A DNA stretch of 64,000 bases from Laetmonice hystrix (lineage: Eukaryota): NCBI GenBank assembly GCA_965235115.1, contig OZ249436.1:42348001-42412000 (forward strand). The letters run 5' to 3'. A model generated the notes under the pieces. That model was not told the DNA's origin, ran no database searches, and saw only the letters and a list, made by a program, of their open reading frames with translations. Both the position numbers and the translations under genes were made by a program. Positions 17,901 to 33,700 of this stretch are shown in pieces (position 1 is the first letter of the stretch; each line of letters begins with the position of its first letter).

Positions 17901-20900
17901 AGTCAACTTTGATTTTAGTTTTGATGAAGTACAAACAAGACGATAGAGTGATTGCTACAGCCAAGGAGGACTTTATCTAAAATATTAAGGAAGTAAGACC
18001 TTATTCACAGAGACGCAAAGAAAAATAAATGTTTTAAGGTTTATTTTTATCACACAATTGCTATCCATTCTAACTCAGACTTAGATAGCAACAACACTAC
18101 TGGTTTGACTCGAGAGTAAAACTGATACCGCAGGACATACATGTGCCTAAAACTTATCAGATTGTAACCCCAAAATATATTTGTGATTAACTGATTGCCC
18201 ATTTGTTCTGTGTATAGTACTTTATGTAGGAGAAGCTATGTACAAAGGAAGTAAAATGGTTGGGCATAAACTAAATGTAGATACCGGTATTCCTGATAGC
18301 GATACATTTCTGTTTTCACACATCAACGATCACAATACAGTACAGAAACAAACGTGAGAAGCGAGAGCCAAATAGTTTGCTCCATTATTCTTTAGGTGTT
18401 GCTTTTGAGAAGAAAACAATGAGTGTGATTTTAAGTTTTCCGACATCCGACAGAGAAAAAAAAACCATCGTTCACAATAACTATTAGCACAATTAAGATA
18501 ATATGAAAGGAATTGTCTTGACACGTTAAATACTGCACTATATTTCTCTTAGTTCTTGCATTGTTTTGAAAGACCCTTGGTGAGGCAAACGCCATGTATA
18601 TAATGTAAAGAAATGTCCAAATCAGACTATCTTTAAAACAGTAAAGCCACAAATCTATAGATCCGCATATAATGCACCGGCGTTGGTAGGCGTCAACATC
18701 CCCAATGCTAGGATTGTTGCCACCGAAAACAAAAGTTATTTTGTAAGCGATATTCATCGTTTTAATGGTGTGCACAAGAGCATTGTGTACTGGGCATAGA
18801 AATAGGCATAAATATGATACAACCTGATTTGTACACACACATCATATGGACATGGGTCTAGGACTCTCGTATAACTAGTGAAAAGCATTCAGTTTGGGTT
18901 CGACTGCTCACTAATCTTACAAGTGCTGACATTTATATTGGCATGTAACAAGACGACAGTAGCAGTGACTGACTGGGGTGGGGGTGGTCACGGTGTACCC
19001 ACTCCGACACCAGGGGCGGCGTGGGGGTGGTGGTGTACCCACTCCGACAACGTGAAAGACTTCTAGTCTACAGGTAAGATTTAGACCGAGGCCTCGTTTA
19101 ATTCAATAAGTGACAATATCACATGTCTGCTTATCTTAAACATTTTTGGGCGTCTTTCATAGGTGAAGGGCTACACCTCCATGGATAGTGATGATGACAC
19201 ACCTCGCATACTTTGCCTTTCAAAACGTTTTTATATCAAATCATAAGTAGAACAAATGGTGAATCTTTATTCACTCGGACACTTACAAGGGACCGAATTC
19301 AACAGTTTAAGTTTTGGTCTCAGACCAAAAGTATGAAAACATACGAATGCTCCCTTTTAGATGTTTGTTGTTTCCTACTTTTGTGACAGATGTGACATGG
19401 TACATGTATCTACCATCTATAAAGATGGTCAGTTTTAAATATTTTAGTGATATAATTTTAGTGGTCAAAAGTAGAGATCTGAACTTCCATGATAGTTGTA
19501 TAATATTTCAAATCCTTTACACAATTTCGAAAAACAAGTTACTTGGTACTTCACCACAGAAAGGCAGCAGATTGATAAGAAACTGCCTTTATACCATGCA
19601 CAATGATCCTTTCCAAGAAAGCGCTTTCTTTCTGCCTGTCTATCTTTCTTCCCTGAAAGAGTTTATCCCATTTTATTTGCAATAAATTACAGAGCAAAGC
19701 CAGTCTGGGTTAATTCCTTCCTAATCATGTCGCCAAATATCTATTATCAACAGAAGAAATAAAAATTCACAGTGTCCTACATTTAAGTACAATGTTTGCC
19801 TTTCACGGAAAAAAATCCTCCAGCTCCTCCAGAGATAACCTCACTATTACTGTATTTGCCAAATTGGTTGCCATTAACCTTTTAGTCACTTTATTTTTAC
19901 TGGATTTATGGAATTTTGTTTTTAAATTTCATACTAGTTAAAAACTTTTTATCAGTAATTATAGTAGGTGTCATCAACTGAAAATTTGGAACCTTTTGAT
20001 CGTGATATGAAACTTCTAAGGTAGTTTTCCCCCCCAACTGCTTTACAATGAAACAGAAAGAATGGCAGAACTAACGCATTTCTGGACACTTCCTATTCTT
20101 GTCTTCACACAGAACTAAGTCTGCCTACTGTTCTGCTAAAAATCTGACTGAACATCGATCCAATGTTGACAAAATCCTAAGAACAGAATGACTGTAGTGT
20201 GGTTTACACACTTCATAAAACTTTTAGGAGGTAATACACGCTAAAGTGTCATGTACAATTCCATATAATTTTAAGACATTTCATTCATACATATTTATGT
20301 ACCTGGTTTCCACTAGTTTACTTTGATTTTACACCATCAATCAATCAATATTCTGCAAAATGAGTTCCCGATACATTTCTTATCTGTATTATAATGTCAT
20401 ATAATTATATTAGATATATTATGTGTTACACTGCCACAAATATACACCTGGTGATCAACTCACTCATGGACAGAAAGTTTCTTTCCTTGATAATAAGCAC
20501 CATCCTTTTAGAAATCTGACGGTAGTAAACAAAATGTATGAAACAAAACGTAGTTCCCAAAGAATCACAATATTTGCATACATTACACCAGCATCTCTCA
20601 GACCCCGCACCGTGGGCAGTGGTTATTATCAATGACCTGGTATGGTCAGTGTATTACATCACACATTACTCACAGCTCGAGTTGTCTCACATAATTTTGG
20701 CCTTGGTGAATAATGACATGATACTGGCTTGACCTTGTCCTTTTTTATCCTGTCCAAATAACAGTGCACACCTCAATGACAATCCGTCGAATGTTACAAC
20801 CTCAGCTACAACCCCCCCCCCCCCCCACCCGCCAATTAAAAAGAACAAAATTAACAAATTATGTATTTACAAATTACTAAAACGTCCATTGTAATGAAAT

Positions 20901-21776
20901 AGTTGTCATACAATGGCATGAACTCGACGGACCATGTCCAACGTTACACCTACTATTCTGACAAGGCCCGAGGACTTAATATTTTACAGAACAAATCGTA
21001 TAAATCAACTCCCATCACCCACTTACAGTGGGCCATTATCTCCACTGGCAGTTTCTAACTGTGTCTCAACAACATTCGTCATCAGGAGCCAACAATTACT
21101 TGTCACACACACTGGTATTCATTTATGTACAACAATGTACAACAATTAATAAAACATTTGAAAGTTTCACAAAGATTTTTCTTCTCAACTCTCCATACAA
21201 CATGTAGGTTTCTAAGGCAAACCTAAAACTTGCTGAGCTGGCGTGAAGAAATTCACTGGCTGTAGTTATATACATCATTTAATTCTTACTGATCACCAGT
21301 ACTTCTTGTCAGCCAGGATCCCATTGAACACATGATAATTTGATTTCAAATTGATCGAACGATCACAGATTGGTGACCATCACAGATGTTGACATCAGTC
21401 TCCACAACTTGAAGCATCAACACATTTAAAGCTGCAGTGCCCGTGCCTTCTATAAATGATCTATCGGCATACAATGGGTAATACCAGTGCAATCATTTCC
21501 ACAGTTAAATCAGGAAAGATCTATAGACGAGGAATTTTTGGAAAAGCATACTTACTGCTAAACCTTTAGGATCTCCACTTTGTTAAAGAAACTGTAAAAA
21601 GCACCATAACTTTACATTGAGTGATTCTGGTTGCCAGTTATGTTCCTCAGGACTGGTGGCAGTTGTAGTAGGCAGCCACCTGCTGGTTTGGCCTGCACAG
21701 AGGGGAGCGGGATACGAACACAGTCGATGCTCAATCCTGACTAGTAGTAGTTTGGTTACAGGACAAAGAAGCTATG

Positions 21777-24700
21777 CTACCTCCGCCTGTGGTCTGGGTT
21801 GGAGTAGACAGATACGTATGCATCGGTACTGGCTGCGGCTAACTTCACCTGGGAAACCAAGCAATATTTCATCACTACCTCATCAGTATTCATTACCAAC
21901 CGAATTTCAACAAATTTAAAAAGCGTAATCTCTACGTGAAGGCCCTAGATCAAACACACAGAATTCCAAAACAAAGAAAATGATAAGGTTTCAGATTTTG
22001 ATGTCTTTAGAAAAAGTGTGGATACCATTTACCAGTACTCATTGAAAAGATTTTGAAGTAAAACTGGACTATATTACTATTATGACAGCATTACAAGGCA
22101 TCTCAAATGAACATGTTAATTATATTTTCTATAATACAAGAGGAGACTGAATACACCTTACCCTGTATGGGTGGAAGGCCATGGCTGTAACTGGGCCGAT
22201 GCGTTGACCCATGAAGCCTTCATGATATCGAATGGTGCTCAGAGTGTCACCAGACTGGTTGAGTATGCTGATTAACTGGTTAGCTGAACCACTGAAAATG
22301 ATACAAAAACTTGTGGTGTGAAAAACGAAAATTAACAAGATCCAGAGTATTTCAGTAAGAGTCACACTTAGAAAACTGTAAAGCAGGAAACATGTCTGAC
22401 CTATTAAATCTGAATACTAAATGTCTGACAAAATATGATAGGAAGAACGTTTACTCACCATGCAATAACATCTGCATACGGGTGAACCTCTAGAGATGTG
22501 AGACCTTGCATGACGTTGATGACTTTGGTAGACTCAGAAAATCGGGGGTCCCAGAATCGGATATCACCACCAACACTGGAATCATTCAAAAATACTATAC
22601 CTTAACTTCTTTACCTTGATTTTCTGGGAATTATTGACCTGGACCTCTAATCAGACTGATTTACAGGCCAATATACTTGAGTAGCTCAAAAACGGAGTAC
22701 AATGAATCTAAATTACTCTCAGACTTTGAGTAACTGACCTTCCACTGATAATCTTGCCCTCCGTGCCGTGTTGTAGGTGGACGTTGACCACCCAGCCTGT
22801 GTGTTCCCACAGTGTCATCACCCGACTGAAATTAAATGGACATGTTACATCATGACAACTTCATCACTTTTGATGCTATATGGGTTTAAACCACCCTGTT
22901 AACTGAAGACCATCATGTTGACGGCCAAAACTGTTCAGATTCCTTTTCGTGTTTAGCACTGCTTCTGTAGAGTTGTATCTCACACCAGTTGACGACACAG
23001 GACAAGCCCTGACAATGCGACTTGTGGTGATGTTGTAGAATAACTTGCGTACCCTGTGTATTTATACATACCATTCATGAGGAGGAAGTCTGCGGTCGTA
23101 TAGTCTCACTGAGCCATCTCCACATCCCGCCAGAAGCAGCGACTGCCCGGCTATATCACATGCCAGACTGGTCACACAGCTGTCCGCTCCTGTTGGAATG
23201 TCCTGTACCTTCACCTCACGGTTTGTGTCCCACACCCGAATGTTTCGCACATCGCCCGAAGCCAACAATGTGCCTGTGTGCTGCTCCCAGTTTATAACCA
23301 GACCTGAGCCTGTGTAAAAATCAACTGAAAATAGGTATAAAAGGAACCATTGAAGCATGACCAAGCCTTATACCGTACTGCTGTGGAAGCAGGCAACAAG
23401 CAAAGCTGAAGCTTCAACCGAAGACTGGGCAACAGTAGAGGTGAGGTGACTGTCATATCTCCTTAAATGTAGAGTGAGGCATTTCTTTCTTGGTTACCAT
23501 GGTCACAGAGCTGTTGGTAACCTCCATGCAATGTGCCACTTTCCAATTATCTTTTCATGAAAACGGTCATGCATGAGCCTATACATAATTTGTCTTACAA
23601 GGAGAGAAAGGGTGATCTATATGGGGTTGAACAATCTAAGATTCTGTACCTCAGCACACCACTTATCACTATCCCTAAATCTGGGTTGGATAAAATGTTC
23701 TTAGCGAGATGGAATATGAGTCTTGCCTGAGTATTATCATAACACTCAAGAACAGACTTGAGATAAGGTTACTCTGCAGGAGGCTTACAAGAGCTACAAA
23801 TTAAACTCCAATGGATAAAAATATTTCAATCATTCTTACAAACAGGCTGAAGACGGAAATTTAACTGAATGACTGAAAGTACGGGGGTAAGTAAATTTTA
23901 AACTCATTCAAAACATTATGAAATCCAATACCGAAAGTTCAAAAGATTGCCTACCTGACATAACTGTTTGTGATTAAGGTTTCAAAGATTAACCTTAATT
24001 AGAAATCAAGACCTTTTCAAGAATACGTTGCTCTGTGAAAGTGTTAAACTTGTGCGGTCAAGTGTGCACCATTAGACATGATATTTTCCCCCTTGAAGCA
24101 TAGTGACGGAGCAGTTGCATGTTCAGCGACAGAAGCTCAGATGAAAGCAGTAACAGTACAATCTGAGTGTCGGGTGGGGTGGGGGGGGGGGGGGGGTGGG
24201 GGTGGGGGTGGCAATCTGCTTTGAGGTAACTCAAAACAAATAATATTAACTGAATCCTTGATTTAACTTGACCAACAGGCATGATGCAGCAGGGAGAGTT
24301 AATTTAGACTGCCTACCTCTGTTAGACGGTAACATGTCAGATAGTGCCTGCCAGGCCGACAGCAGCTCAACCTGGCGACTGTCCTCACTGTAGTTGTGCC
24401 ACACACGCACAGCACCGTCATCTGGGTCAGCAGAATGGGGTCAAAAATCAGTGACCAAAACACCAAACCTAGACCCATGTCCTGGCTAGCTGGCTTTACT
24501 TGTATATAAGGCATCAGAATAAAACTTTATATGGTTTTCTTTACGAGCACCATGGAAGCAATATGAAGTGAAGCATCATATTGAAACACCCATTTCATAC
24601 CTGTTCCTGTGAGCAGTGCAGCGTTGTTGTGTGGGTTAATGAACTCCATGGAAGTAATTCGGGTGTGTTTCGGGTTGTGATTGAAGAAATGGTTGAGTTT

Positions 24701-27700
24701 CAGTCCTTGTTCCCACTCCCAGACACTGTACATTAAATAAAATAACAAATACTGTAGTATCGTTTTACTGCCATTATATGCCATCTAACTAATCAGTGGA
24801 GCAGAAAATCTCAATTTACAGGGGAACCAATGTTCAATCAAAGCATGACTTTTCCACTTTCTAATATGAAATTCCATAATTTTTCTATGATTTCTCCAGG
24901 TTACTTACAAAATTTCCAGGGGCTCGTTTCACTAAGATTGTACGAGCTCGTATATGGCCTTATAGCTCGTAAAGAAGCAAAAACTCATAAATTTTGCTAT
25001 TATAATCTGGTGCTATTCTATTGCTGGGTATCAGGGTACATGTCCACTGCCTGCAGACTTCGGGGAAGGTTTTTTGGGGCGGGGGCGGGGAGACTGACCT
25101 TGGACTGACACCACACCCTTGTCTAGATGTGAATGTTGTGAGGTATATGATAATGCTTATTTTCCAGGTCTGACCCTAAAATTCCAGGCTTTTTAGTGGA
25201 TTTGTGAAATTTCATTATTTTTTTTTAGGTTTGTATAATTTTCCAGGTGTTCCAGGTTTGGTAACCCTGACTGTGGTTTCCATCCAACTCACTGTCACCC
25301 ACCTGACACCATCCTTGTCTGCTACAGCAAGCTGTGGCTCATAGGGATGAAAGCGCAGCACTGTTGGGATATTCTGGTTTCGGGTGATGAAGATTTGATC
25401 ATCTAATCGACTGAAACCTGCAGCAAACAAAGTGGTCTGCATATTCTAAAGAATGTTTGGAGAGGCATGACATATGGAGAGGAATGGCTAGTCCTGATAT
25501 TCTCTTTAATTAAAGAATTTTGCATACCCTTTTATTTTGTTAGCCTGTTAGGTCCAAATCATTCAGTCCAAGATATACATTCTATATCAAGCATTCATAT
25601 ATGAACTTTTTGATTGAAATGATGCAATTAAGCTTTTAGCAATAAATATCTAAAGCCTGCGAATTTTCTTTTCTAATTCGTAAATAATTAGTCAAATAAA
25701 GAATTTGTTAAAAAATCTTTTGAAGAAAGCGAACCCACCAGCTCTGCGCTGCTCTTCTGTAGCTTCTTGCCGTACCCGTGCAGCTCGACTGAGGCGGAAC
25801 TCCTGCTCGTAATGCGCTTTACTCTCAGGGTCACGCTCTGTAGGCATGCTCATCACAGGCTGGGCAAAGTAGCTACAGCACCACTCAAAGAACTCAGTGG
25901 CTACAGGGTTCTCTTTTGGCGAGTGAGGGTCTGACGTGTCTGAATCCTTGTCTTCATTCTGGGAATGCTAGAAAAGAAACAAATCATGTAAAAATACAGT
26001 TATAAATTTCAGCCCATTTTATACACAACCTAAGACATAAATTTTACACTTCCCCACTTAAAATAAATTAGTGAAAAATTCATTGATTATAATCGATTTA
26101 TATTTCAACTAACAAGACTAGGTCCTCTGTCGAACATTTTTCGTGACCTCATGTACTGGGCTGAGTATAGCACAGCACGACCTGTAGGCAGGTCATGGGG
26201 TCGAACGGGAGACGACTTAGGCAGATCTGATATGGCCGACATTGATGTGTTTTGAGGTGGAGTCTCACTGAAAGTTAACAAGACAAAAAAAATCAATACA
26301 TAACAAAAAATTAGACAACTATCACATAAAAGTATCAGTTAACATAGTAAAAATGTACTTTCAAGCAGTGACTGGGTGAAAAATACTTACTGCACTGCAA
26401 AATGGTCTAGATAATCATACCAGAGGGGTAGTTAACACACAAGACTTCAGGGCTCGAAATACTTTAAAAATTTTGATTCGCAATAATTACCTATATCTGG
26501 TTTGTAGAAGCAGTAATAGGCAATATTTTGCGACTCATATGTTAATTTGATTCGCTGATTTTCACTCACAAATTGCGATGTGAACCTGGTTATTTCGAGC
26601 CCTGGACTTGATAGTCTTTCCCAATGTTTACCGTGATGTGCTAAGAGCAATACCTACCCCATGGGGGAAATGGCTTGTGGTTTGTTTGATGGACTGCTTG
26701 GAGCAGACTGGGAGGCCGACTTTGGGGCGATGTGACGAGGGACAGTACAAGATGACGCCTGGTCACAAAAACAAACATCCCGACTTACAATGCACATCAA
26801 ACATGATACAAAAATTACCAGTGCTCAGTAATTATCCATTCAAATTTAGCATCTCCTTACCATATAACAGAGAAGAACTTCCTTTTTCGAATTTACCTGT
26901 GATACAAGAAAGTCTGAGAGACATCTGCCATTTACACAATGCAAGAATTTAGCATAGAGAAACTGGCACCTTTAGTCTGATGGAATCAAGGACAGTTCTT
27001 GCAATCTCCGCTACAGCCGGGTCTGGGTCTGCTCCAAGCTGTAGCAACACCTTCCAAATGTTGCTGTAGACACTGCCATAGCCCACAGTAGACATGGCAA
27101 GAGAAGAGGTTGATGGAACACGTTTGATGGGCACAATGTCGCCTGTACCAAGGTTCTCCGTGCTCGAGCTAAGCAGAGGACTTAGTGGGTTCACTATCAC
27201 ACAAAAGGAGAGGAAGATTTACATTTAAGTAGAAATAAATTCATGGTGACAATTTCTTGATACAAAGTCACTGTTTGCCTTTGTAATAATAAGATTTACC
27301 ATCAAATTTTGTCTCATAGTTTGAAGTGGTACAAAATATGCAGTTTCTTGTACTTTTTTATTTGCCATTTGACTTTATGCTTAAAATACTGTCTATAAAT
27401 TCGTGTATTCATGTTCACCGAAATTAAACTGTGAGGAGAACAAAGTTAAAAACAAAAATATTATACCAGGAGTGTTAGGAGAAAGGAGACCTCGGAGGCT
27501 GCGACTTGAGGCACTGCGCCGCATGCCGGTGACTGTCGATGCTGCCGTTAGCAATGCTGCTGTGTCTGGACAGGTCAAGGAAAGGGAATATTAACATTCG
27601 AGCAGTGTTGTACTCAAACTTACATGAAGTCCGTCTTTACAGCTTGTAGTTGAGTTCAGCTTTGCATATTAGTCGCCCTGATAAAACTACTCCAAGTTAA

Positions 27701-30700
27701 AACTCTACGATTTTTCATTTTGTGCTTTCACATCACAGAATGTTTTTGTTGTTTCTGTTGTTCAAGAAATGTGAAATGGTGCAGAGTCAGCCATTATGGG
27801 ACAGCTGGTTTTATATGTACATTCTTCTGGAAGGTAACTTTGTTTTCTTCCTTGTAGATTCAAGTCACATCAGTTTGAATTTGAGCGTGCTAACATGGTT
27901 AGATTCACGCAATCCATCCTCTCTTCAAAAACATGCAAACACACCCAGACATCCAAACACATTGACCATAAATATCTAATCATTACCAAAGAAAAGGATC
28001 ACACAGTAGATGACATGTTGCAACTAGTCTGACTGACTGTGGTTTTTGTACCCATTGGTATCAGGCATACAATACCCCTCCTACTACATGGTCTGTGTAA
28101 CTTCATCCATTCTTATTCCGTTTTTCTGTTTTATGATCTCAGTGTGTAGAATGTGCTGGACTGAAAATGAATCGTCAAACCAAAACTACGGTAACATTTG
28201 TTCATTCTCTTCTAAACTAGCCAGGCAACATAATAACAACCGAATTATAACCTCTGTAATCTGCGACAGTCTGAGCACAAATTCCCTATTGCAATGCCCA
28301 TAATGCATATCTGCCAACATTTGGTAAATTGATCAAGGAGTCACCCCGAGGAACACCAAGAATGATTTCAAAGATGTTTTAGTATCCCCCCCCCCGATAA
28401 CTGATATGGACTCTTTCTACGTCTTTCTGTCTCTATATACATGTATATCTAATTCTCTGCATGACTGACTCAACTAGGACATGCTTCTTCAGATATAGTT
28501 GGCAATTACAAAAAAAACATGCCTTGGCACATGAAAACATGCCTTGGCTGAAAGCTTTTACATCCGTGTCGGAGACTTATTTTTACGATTTGTGATTCAA
28601 TAACATTCTGAGAGGAATGCTGAATGTATTATCTAAATCTGGACTAATTTCATAGAAGGTAGGAAGGTTGGCAGATATGATAATGGTTTTCAAGCCAAAG
28701 CCTGATGAAACAAAAAACTGTTACACCCAGAAAGCTGAACCCTTGCATTAACTAAGAGTATGCCCAAACTAATTTCTTCCCACTAGACACCGTGAAATTA
28801 GCGCCGTTACCTTCTCTGACATATAGAACTAAAGATACTAATAGATAAAAATTAGCTATCTATGTAAAAACTACCATAAGACTGCATGCAAGGCCCAACT
28901 GCACCGCTGACTAGATAATGCTATGATCTTTATTGATATCGAGTATGGGTCGGGTATTCTGCTTAAACTGCAGGAAACATACTATCCACATTTCAGCAAA
29001 ACAAACCACTACACAGGGTTACCAGAGACATGCCGACTGCTTGCTGTTCGCCCAAAGCTGGTGCCCCCTGCTGGCCATACCAGGAAGCTCCAACTCAACG
29101 CACAGTCACTTTTAGAGAAGAAATGGCAGGTTCACCCTCCCAAAGATTTGGCAGGGTTAAATAACTGGGAGCAAGATGTGAACTGTGGTGCAGGACAAAA
29201 CTGACCTTGTGGCCCATCAATCAATGTTAATAGTCATAATTGATGTTAATCAGTTGACATTTGGTTTTAATGGTGGGCTGGGGCGACAGCGAGGTACACC
29301 ACTGACCCAAATTTAGACTAGCTTTGTCGTTAACAGAAGGATTCCACGAATATGAATTAGATTCAACTTTTTAAAATACAAGCTCGCAAGCAATTTGTTA
29401 GATCAGGGGATAACTTTGGAGTGTTGCTTTATGAAACAGTTTGGGGTTTGACAAGGCGAGTGCCTCCCACACCATGGTATTTAAATTCGGTGAAGCAGGT
29501 CTACATCCCACTGGCTGGAGACAGACTAGTAGAGCAGGAGGAGCAGGAAACATATCAGGATCTAATTACCACTGCCTCGCCTAATGTCCAGTCTGCGGGG
29601 TTCACCTATAATGATGAGCCATGTGTAAAGTCTTGAAATCAAGGCTGGTTTCTAGGGGCCACTCAAACAATGAGCCACCCTTACCGGGCAGTATTACCGG
29701 GTAATCGCCGACTCACCTAGTCTTTGATTTGTCAACAGAATTTATACAAGTAGAACGTTACAGGAGGACAGAGATTTCTACAAAACATATAATCAGACAG
29801 TATGCAGAAATACCATAATTCTCTGTGTATATAACCTACTCTCATTCATATCGAGCCCACTATATTTTCCTCGCCCAAATTCCCAGAAATGAAAAAAGGT
29901 GCCACTCTACGAGATCTTTAACAGTAAATACAGAAAATAGTACGAACACCGAGGTCTATTACCAGTAACGTCAGGGGGCATTCCCATTTTTTCTAAAACA
30001 CATTTATTAACAGCAGTTTTAGACCCCCTCCTTGAATATGCTCCTTTCTCCTGACACAGAGAACTATGATAGAAGGACACGTAAAGATACTGAAAGGAAA
30101 GAAAAGGTGACAACAAAATACTCAATGTTTAATGTTGATTCATATGCAAGCAATATATTTGGTGAGGATCACAAAAACTTCAAGTGCAACTTCCATATAC
30201 ATGTACATGTAGTATAAGCTCCAAGGTAAAATCAAACTACTCAGTATGAATGTGTATGTCATGTCTTCAGTGCACAACTGTGAGAAATAAAATCTGTAGT
30301 TCTCAAAAATCTTCCCAAACCCATATACCCAATCTGACACCCACTGTCACTTATTGCAGTATTGTTGGGTAAATCCTTACCTAGAGCCCCTACAGAGAGA
30401 TTTATATGCTTTTCCTCTTCCATCAACTTGAAGGCGAGAGCTGCAAACTGCATTTCAAACTGAGCCACCAGTCCTCCAATGGCTACGACCAGCTCCTTCA
30501 ATTCAATGTTACAACTACTGGTCAGTTTGAAATTAAATCAACAAATCACAACTTGCTTAAACAGAATATATACATTTAATGAACACATATTCAGACACTT
30601 GTTCATTAACTATATAAGTCACGGTATGAAGACATGAACTTCACATCACACCGCCTGCAGAAAATTTCCTTTTGACAGAAAAATAAAATAATCTACAAGA

Positions 30701-33700
30701 ATAATGATTATCTTTATCAGAGAATAACTTGTGTGACAGAAACCTTTCTAACAAGTGCACTGCCATCATTGATAACTGAGATAATGGTCATCCCGACTCC
30801 ATGGTCGATGTTGTTTGCATGATCACTCCTCTCAGTACTGTTGTTGATAAAGGTGCCCAAGGCATACACTGCTGCCACACGAACCTGCCAACAGGTAAAA
30901 CAAGACTCAATATCTGATCGCATATCTTACTATATGCAGTATTTAAAGGAACGATGGAAAAAGCGGAAAGAAAGACAAAATACCTTACTGTAATAAACCT
31001 GACAAAAAAGTACATTAGTTCTTATCTAGCAATATTGGCCGTATGTTATTAGCACTTCGCTATGTCAGTAGAAGCCTTACCTCTGGTATTGGATCCGACA
31101 GGAGTTTGTAGAGTTTTTCGTGGGCACTATTTCTCACCCCACACCACCGGGCAGCATCAAAGTTGGTCCATACCTGCCACCACCAAAAAAACATTTCTAT
31201 GAACATGGACTCCAAGTGGTCACCCATGGATTAGCTATACTGATTGTGTTATTGTAAATATAATCTTATATAAAGTAAAGTAAGGAATGATAACACAAAA
31301 CTCAGACTATGAAAAAAAGCACAAGTGAAACTAGGAATATTTTGGGTGTACAATCTTCAATACCTGAAGGGGAATAATTATGCTGAAAATATTGAAGTAA
31401 TTCAAGTTATTTACAAATTATGAAATATTGCACTTATCCTTATAAACTCTGAGTTTAAATCTCTAAACTCCATAAGCATTCACCTTGCCAAGACAAAGTG
31501 CAAGCCACTGCCTCAATTGGTGATTGCTGTCATTGAGCTGCTCCAAACAACATGCTATCAGGCTTCCCTGCATTGCTGCCTCCTGAAATATAATAATTTC
31601 AAAGATCATTCACTTCCTACAACATGTTAAATTCTTCTTCTTTTATAACTGAGGAACATCATAGCATGCATCACAAAATTGGTAATTTGATCGAACAGTG
31701 TGTGCTTTGATTCAAACTGACCAAATAAAAAGAACTACATGTACGCAGTGGTCCCCCTCATAAGCGACCACCCCTGCTGCAGAGAGATAGTGGTCGCTAG
31801 TGGCGGGTGGTCGCCTAAACGAGGGATCGTTAAGTACACATGGTTACCACGAGGTGGCTACATGTCAGATAACTACACACAGTTAACACTAGGTGGCGAC
31901 TTCCCAGTTAGAGGGAGGTGACAAAGAGGGAGGCACGTGTGGAGTTATTCTTGCCAAATAACCCCACATGACAAAGTTTCAGTTCAGAGAGACAAAAAAC
32001 ATTTAATTTTATTTAAGGAAAGACTCTAGTCTTGTCTGTTTTATTTCATTTACGGCTTTTCTAGACTCTTCTTTTAGCAAGTCTTGCAGTTTGTAAACGC
32101 AGTCCAGCATCTGTGTAGGTCTGCTGTTTCAGAGCAAAGTCTACAATTTGCACTGCATTCTGCCACGCTTTTTTAGGGGGTTTCAACAGGCATGGTAGTA
32201 GGAAGGGGGGCAAAACTGTTAGCTTAATGTGTGATGGAAGCCTGGCGGGGAAGGTGAGAGACTGGGCCTAGCAGCCGTGGTGGGGCCGGGCAGGCAAGGT
32301 GGTCGGGCCGGGCAGGCAATGTGAGACACGTGGCCATTGTGGGATGGAAGTGGGTGGGTGGGTGGGGGTTGGGGGTGTTGGTGTTGGGTCGGCAGGATGC
32401 CAGGCAGCCGGGCATGGGGAGACAACAGTGTGGCATGGGGAGACAACAGTGTTATGACTAGCCACGGCTGGCTGATTGTCAAAGGCTGGTCGCTGATAAG
32501 GGGTGACCAATGGAGTTGGTGCAGGGATATGCCGGTCGCTGGTCGTTAGTGCCGGGTGGTCGCTTATAAGGGTGGAATTATAGTGTGAAGTGGTTAATGC
32601 AGTGGAAATGCGGTCGCTAGAGGCGGGTGGTCGCTTATAAGGGGTGGTCTTTAACAGGGGGACCACTGTAATTGTTATTTGGTCAGGAAAAAATCCCCAT
32701 TAAATCTGGACTTCACTGGCAATGTCACTAACCTGTCCAACACGATAATCGTTAACAATCATTGCCAGGACAAATGCTGCCATTGTTCGATGTTTAGCCT
32801 TGAACAGAAGGAAAATTACATCATTGTCAGTGTGGGTATCCTACATGTTCTCTCCCAGTCGACAATTTATTATCTTTTAGATTATTACTACCAATCATTC
32901 ACTCTATCAGAAATATTTCAGGTAGGCATTTAAAATTGATGATGCTTTATTCTGTGTGCCTTATATTATAATGAGGTATTGGAAACTGACTGACTGCACA
33001 GATTTCTATAAGAATATGAGGTCATGACAATCTGTGGTGAATCCATCATGTGTCTAGAAAACTTACTGGCATATATGGATCTGACAAAACAGCAAGGAAG
33101 TACTTGTGGCCATTGTCCTTGACAAGATCTGCTTGACATGACTGAAATGGTGGGAAATCATTCTGACCATCTTTTACAACATCAGCACACGAACATGAAA
33201 TTCTAATATCAATACCATCCAGTTAGATCATTAAAGATATTACCGTATATGTCCCTTTAGCCGCGCACTACCCATTTGCCGCGCACCCCGATAATTTTTT
33301 AAACAAGCAGTGCCGGAAAGCCGTATTCGACGCGCCACCTAGTGTAAAATTTTGTAAGCTCCCGGCGTAACCTCCCTATTGCCGTGCACTGCTTTTCTGC
33401 ACACGCACATGTGCAGCTAAAGGGACATATACGGTATACTCTGCAAATCTGACAACTGTACTTGATGTCAGACACAAATTCTATGCCATCAAGAGAAAGA
33501 TAATGCTGTCAGAAATTAAAAGGGTGTGGACTTTGAAGTATATAAGGTATAAGTCATTATGGCCATTATGTCCAGTTTGCTAAGTTCTACCAACAGTTTT
33601 GAAGAATAGATTCAAAGGCTGCCAAGTCTAAACTTGCATGTAATTACCCTGTCAACTGCAAGGATCTTTGCCCAGATGAACACAAGTAGGGGACGAAGTT

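Noticed and set aside
14928..21776. Possible hidden gene between the convergent CDK1 and RPTOR 3' ends
   Set aside because: Only short AT-rich ORFs without motifs or spliceable frames. Probably 3' UTRs plus repeat remnants; poly(A) sites cannot be assigned from sequence alone.
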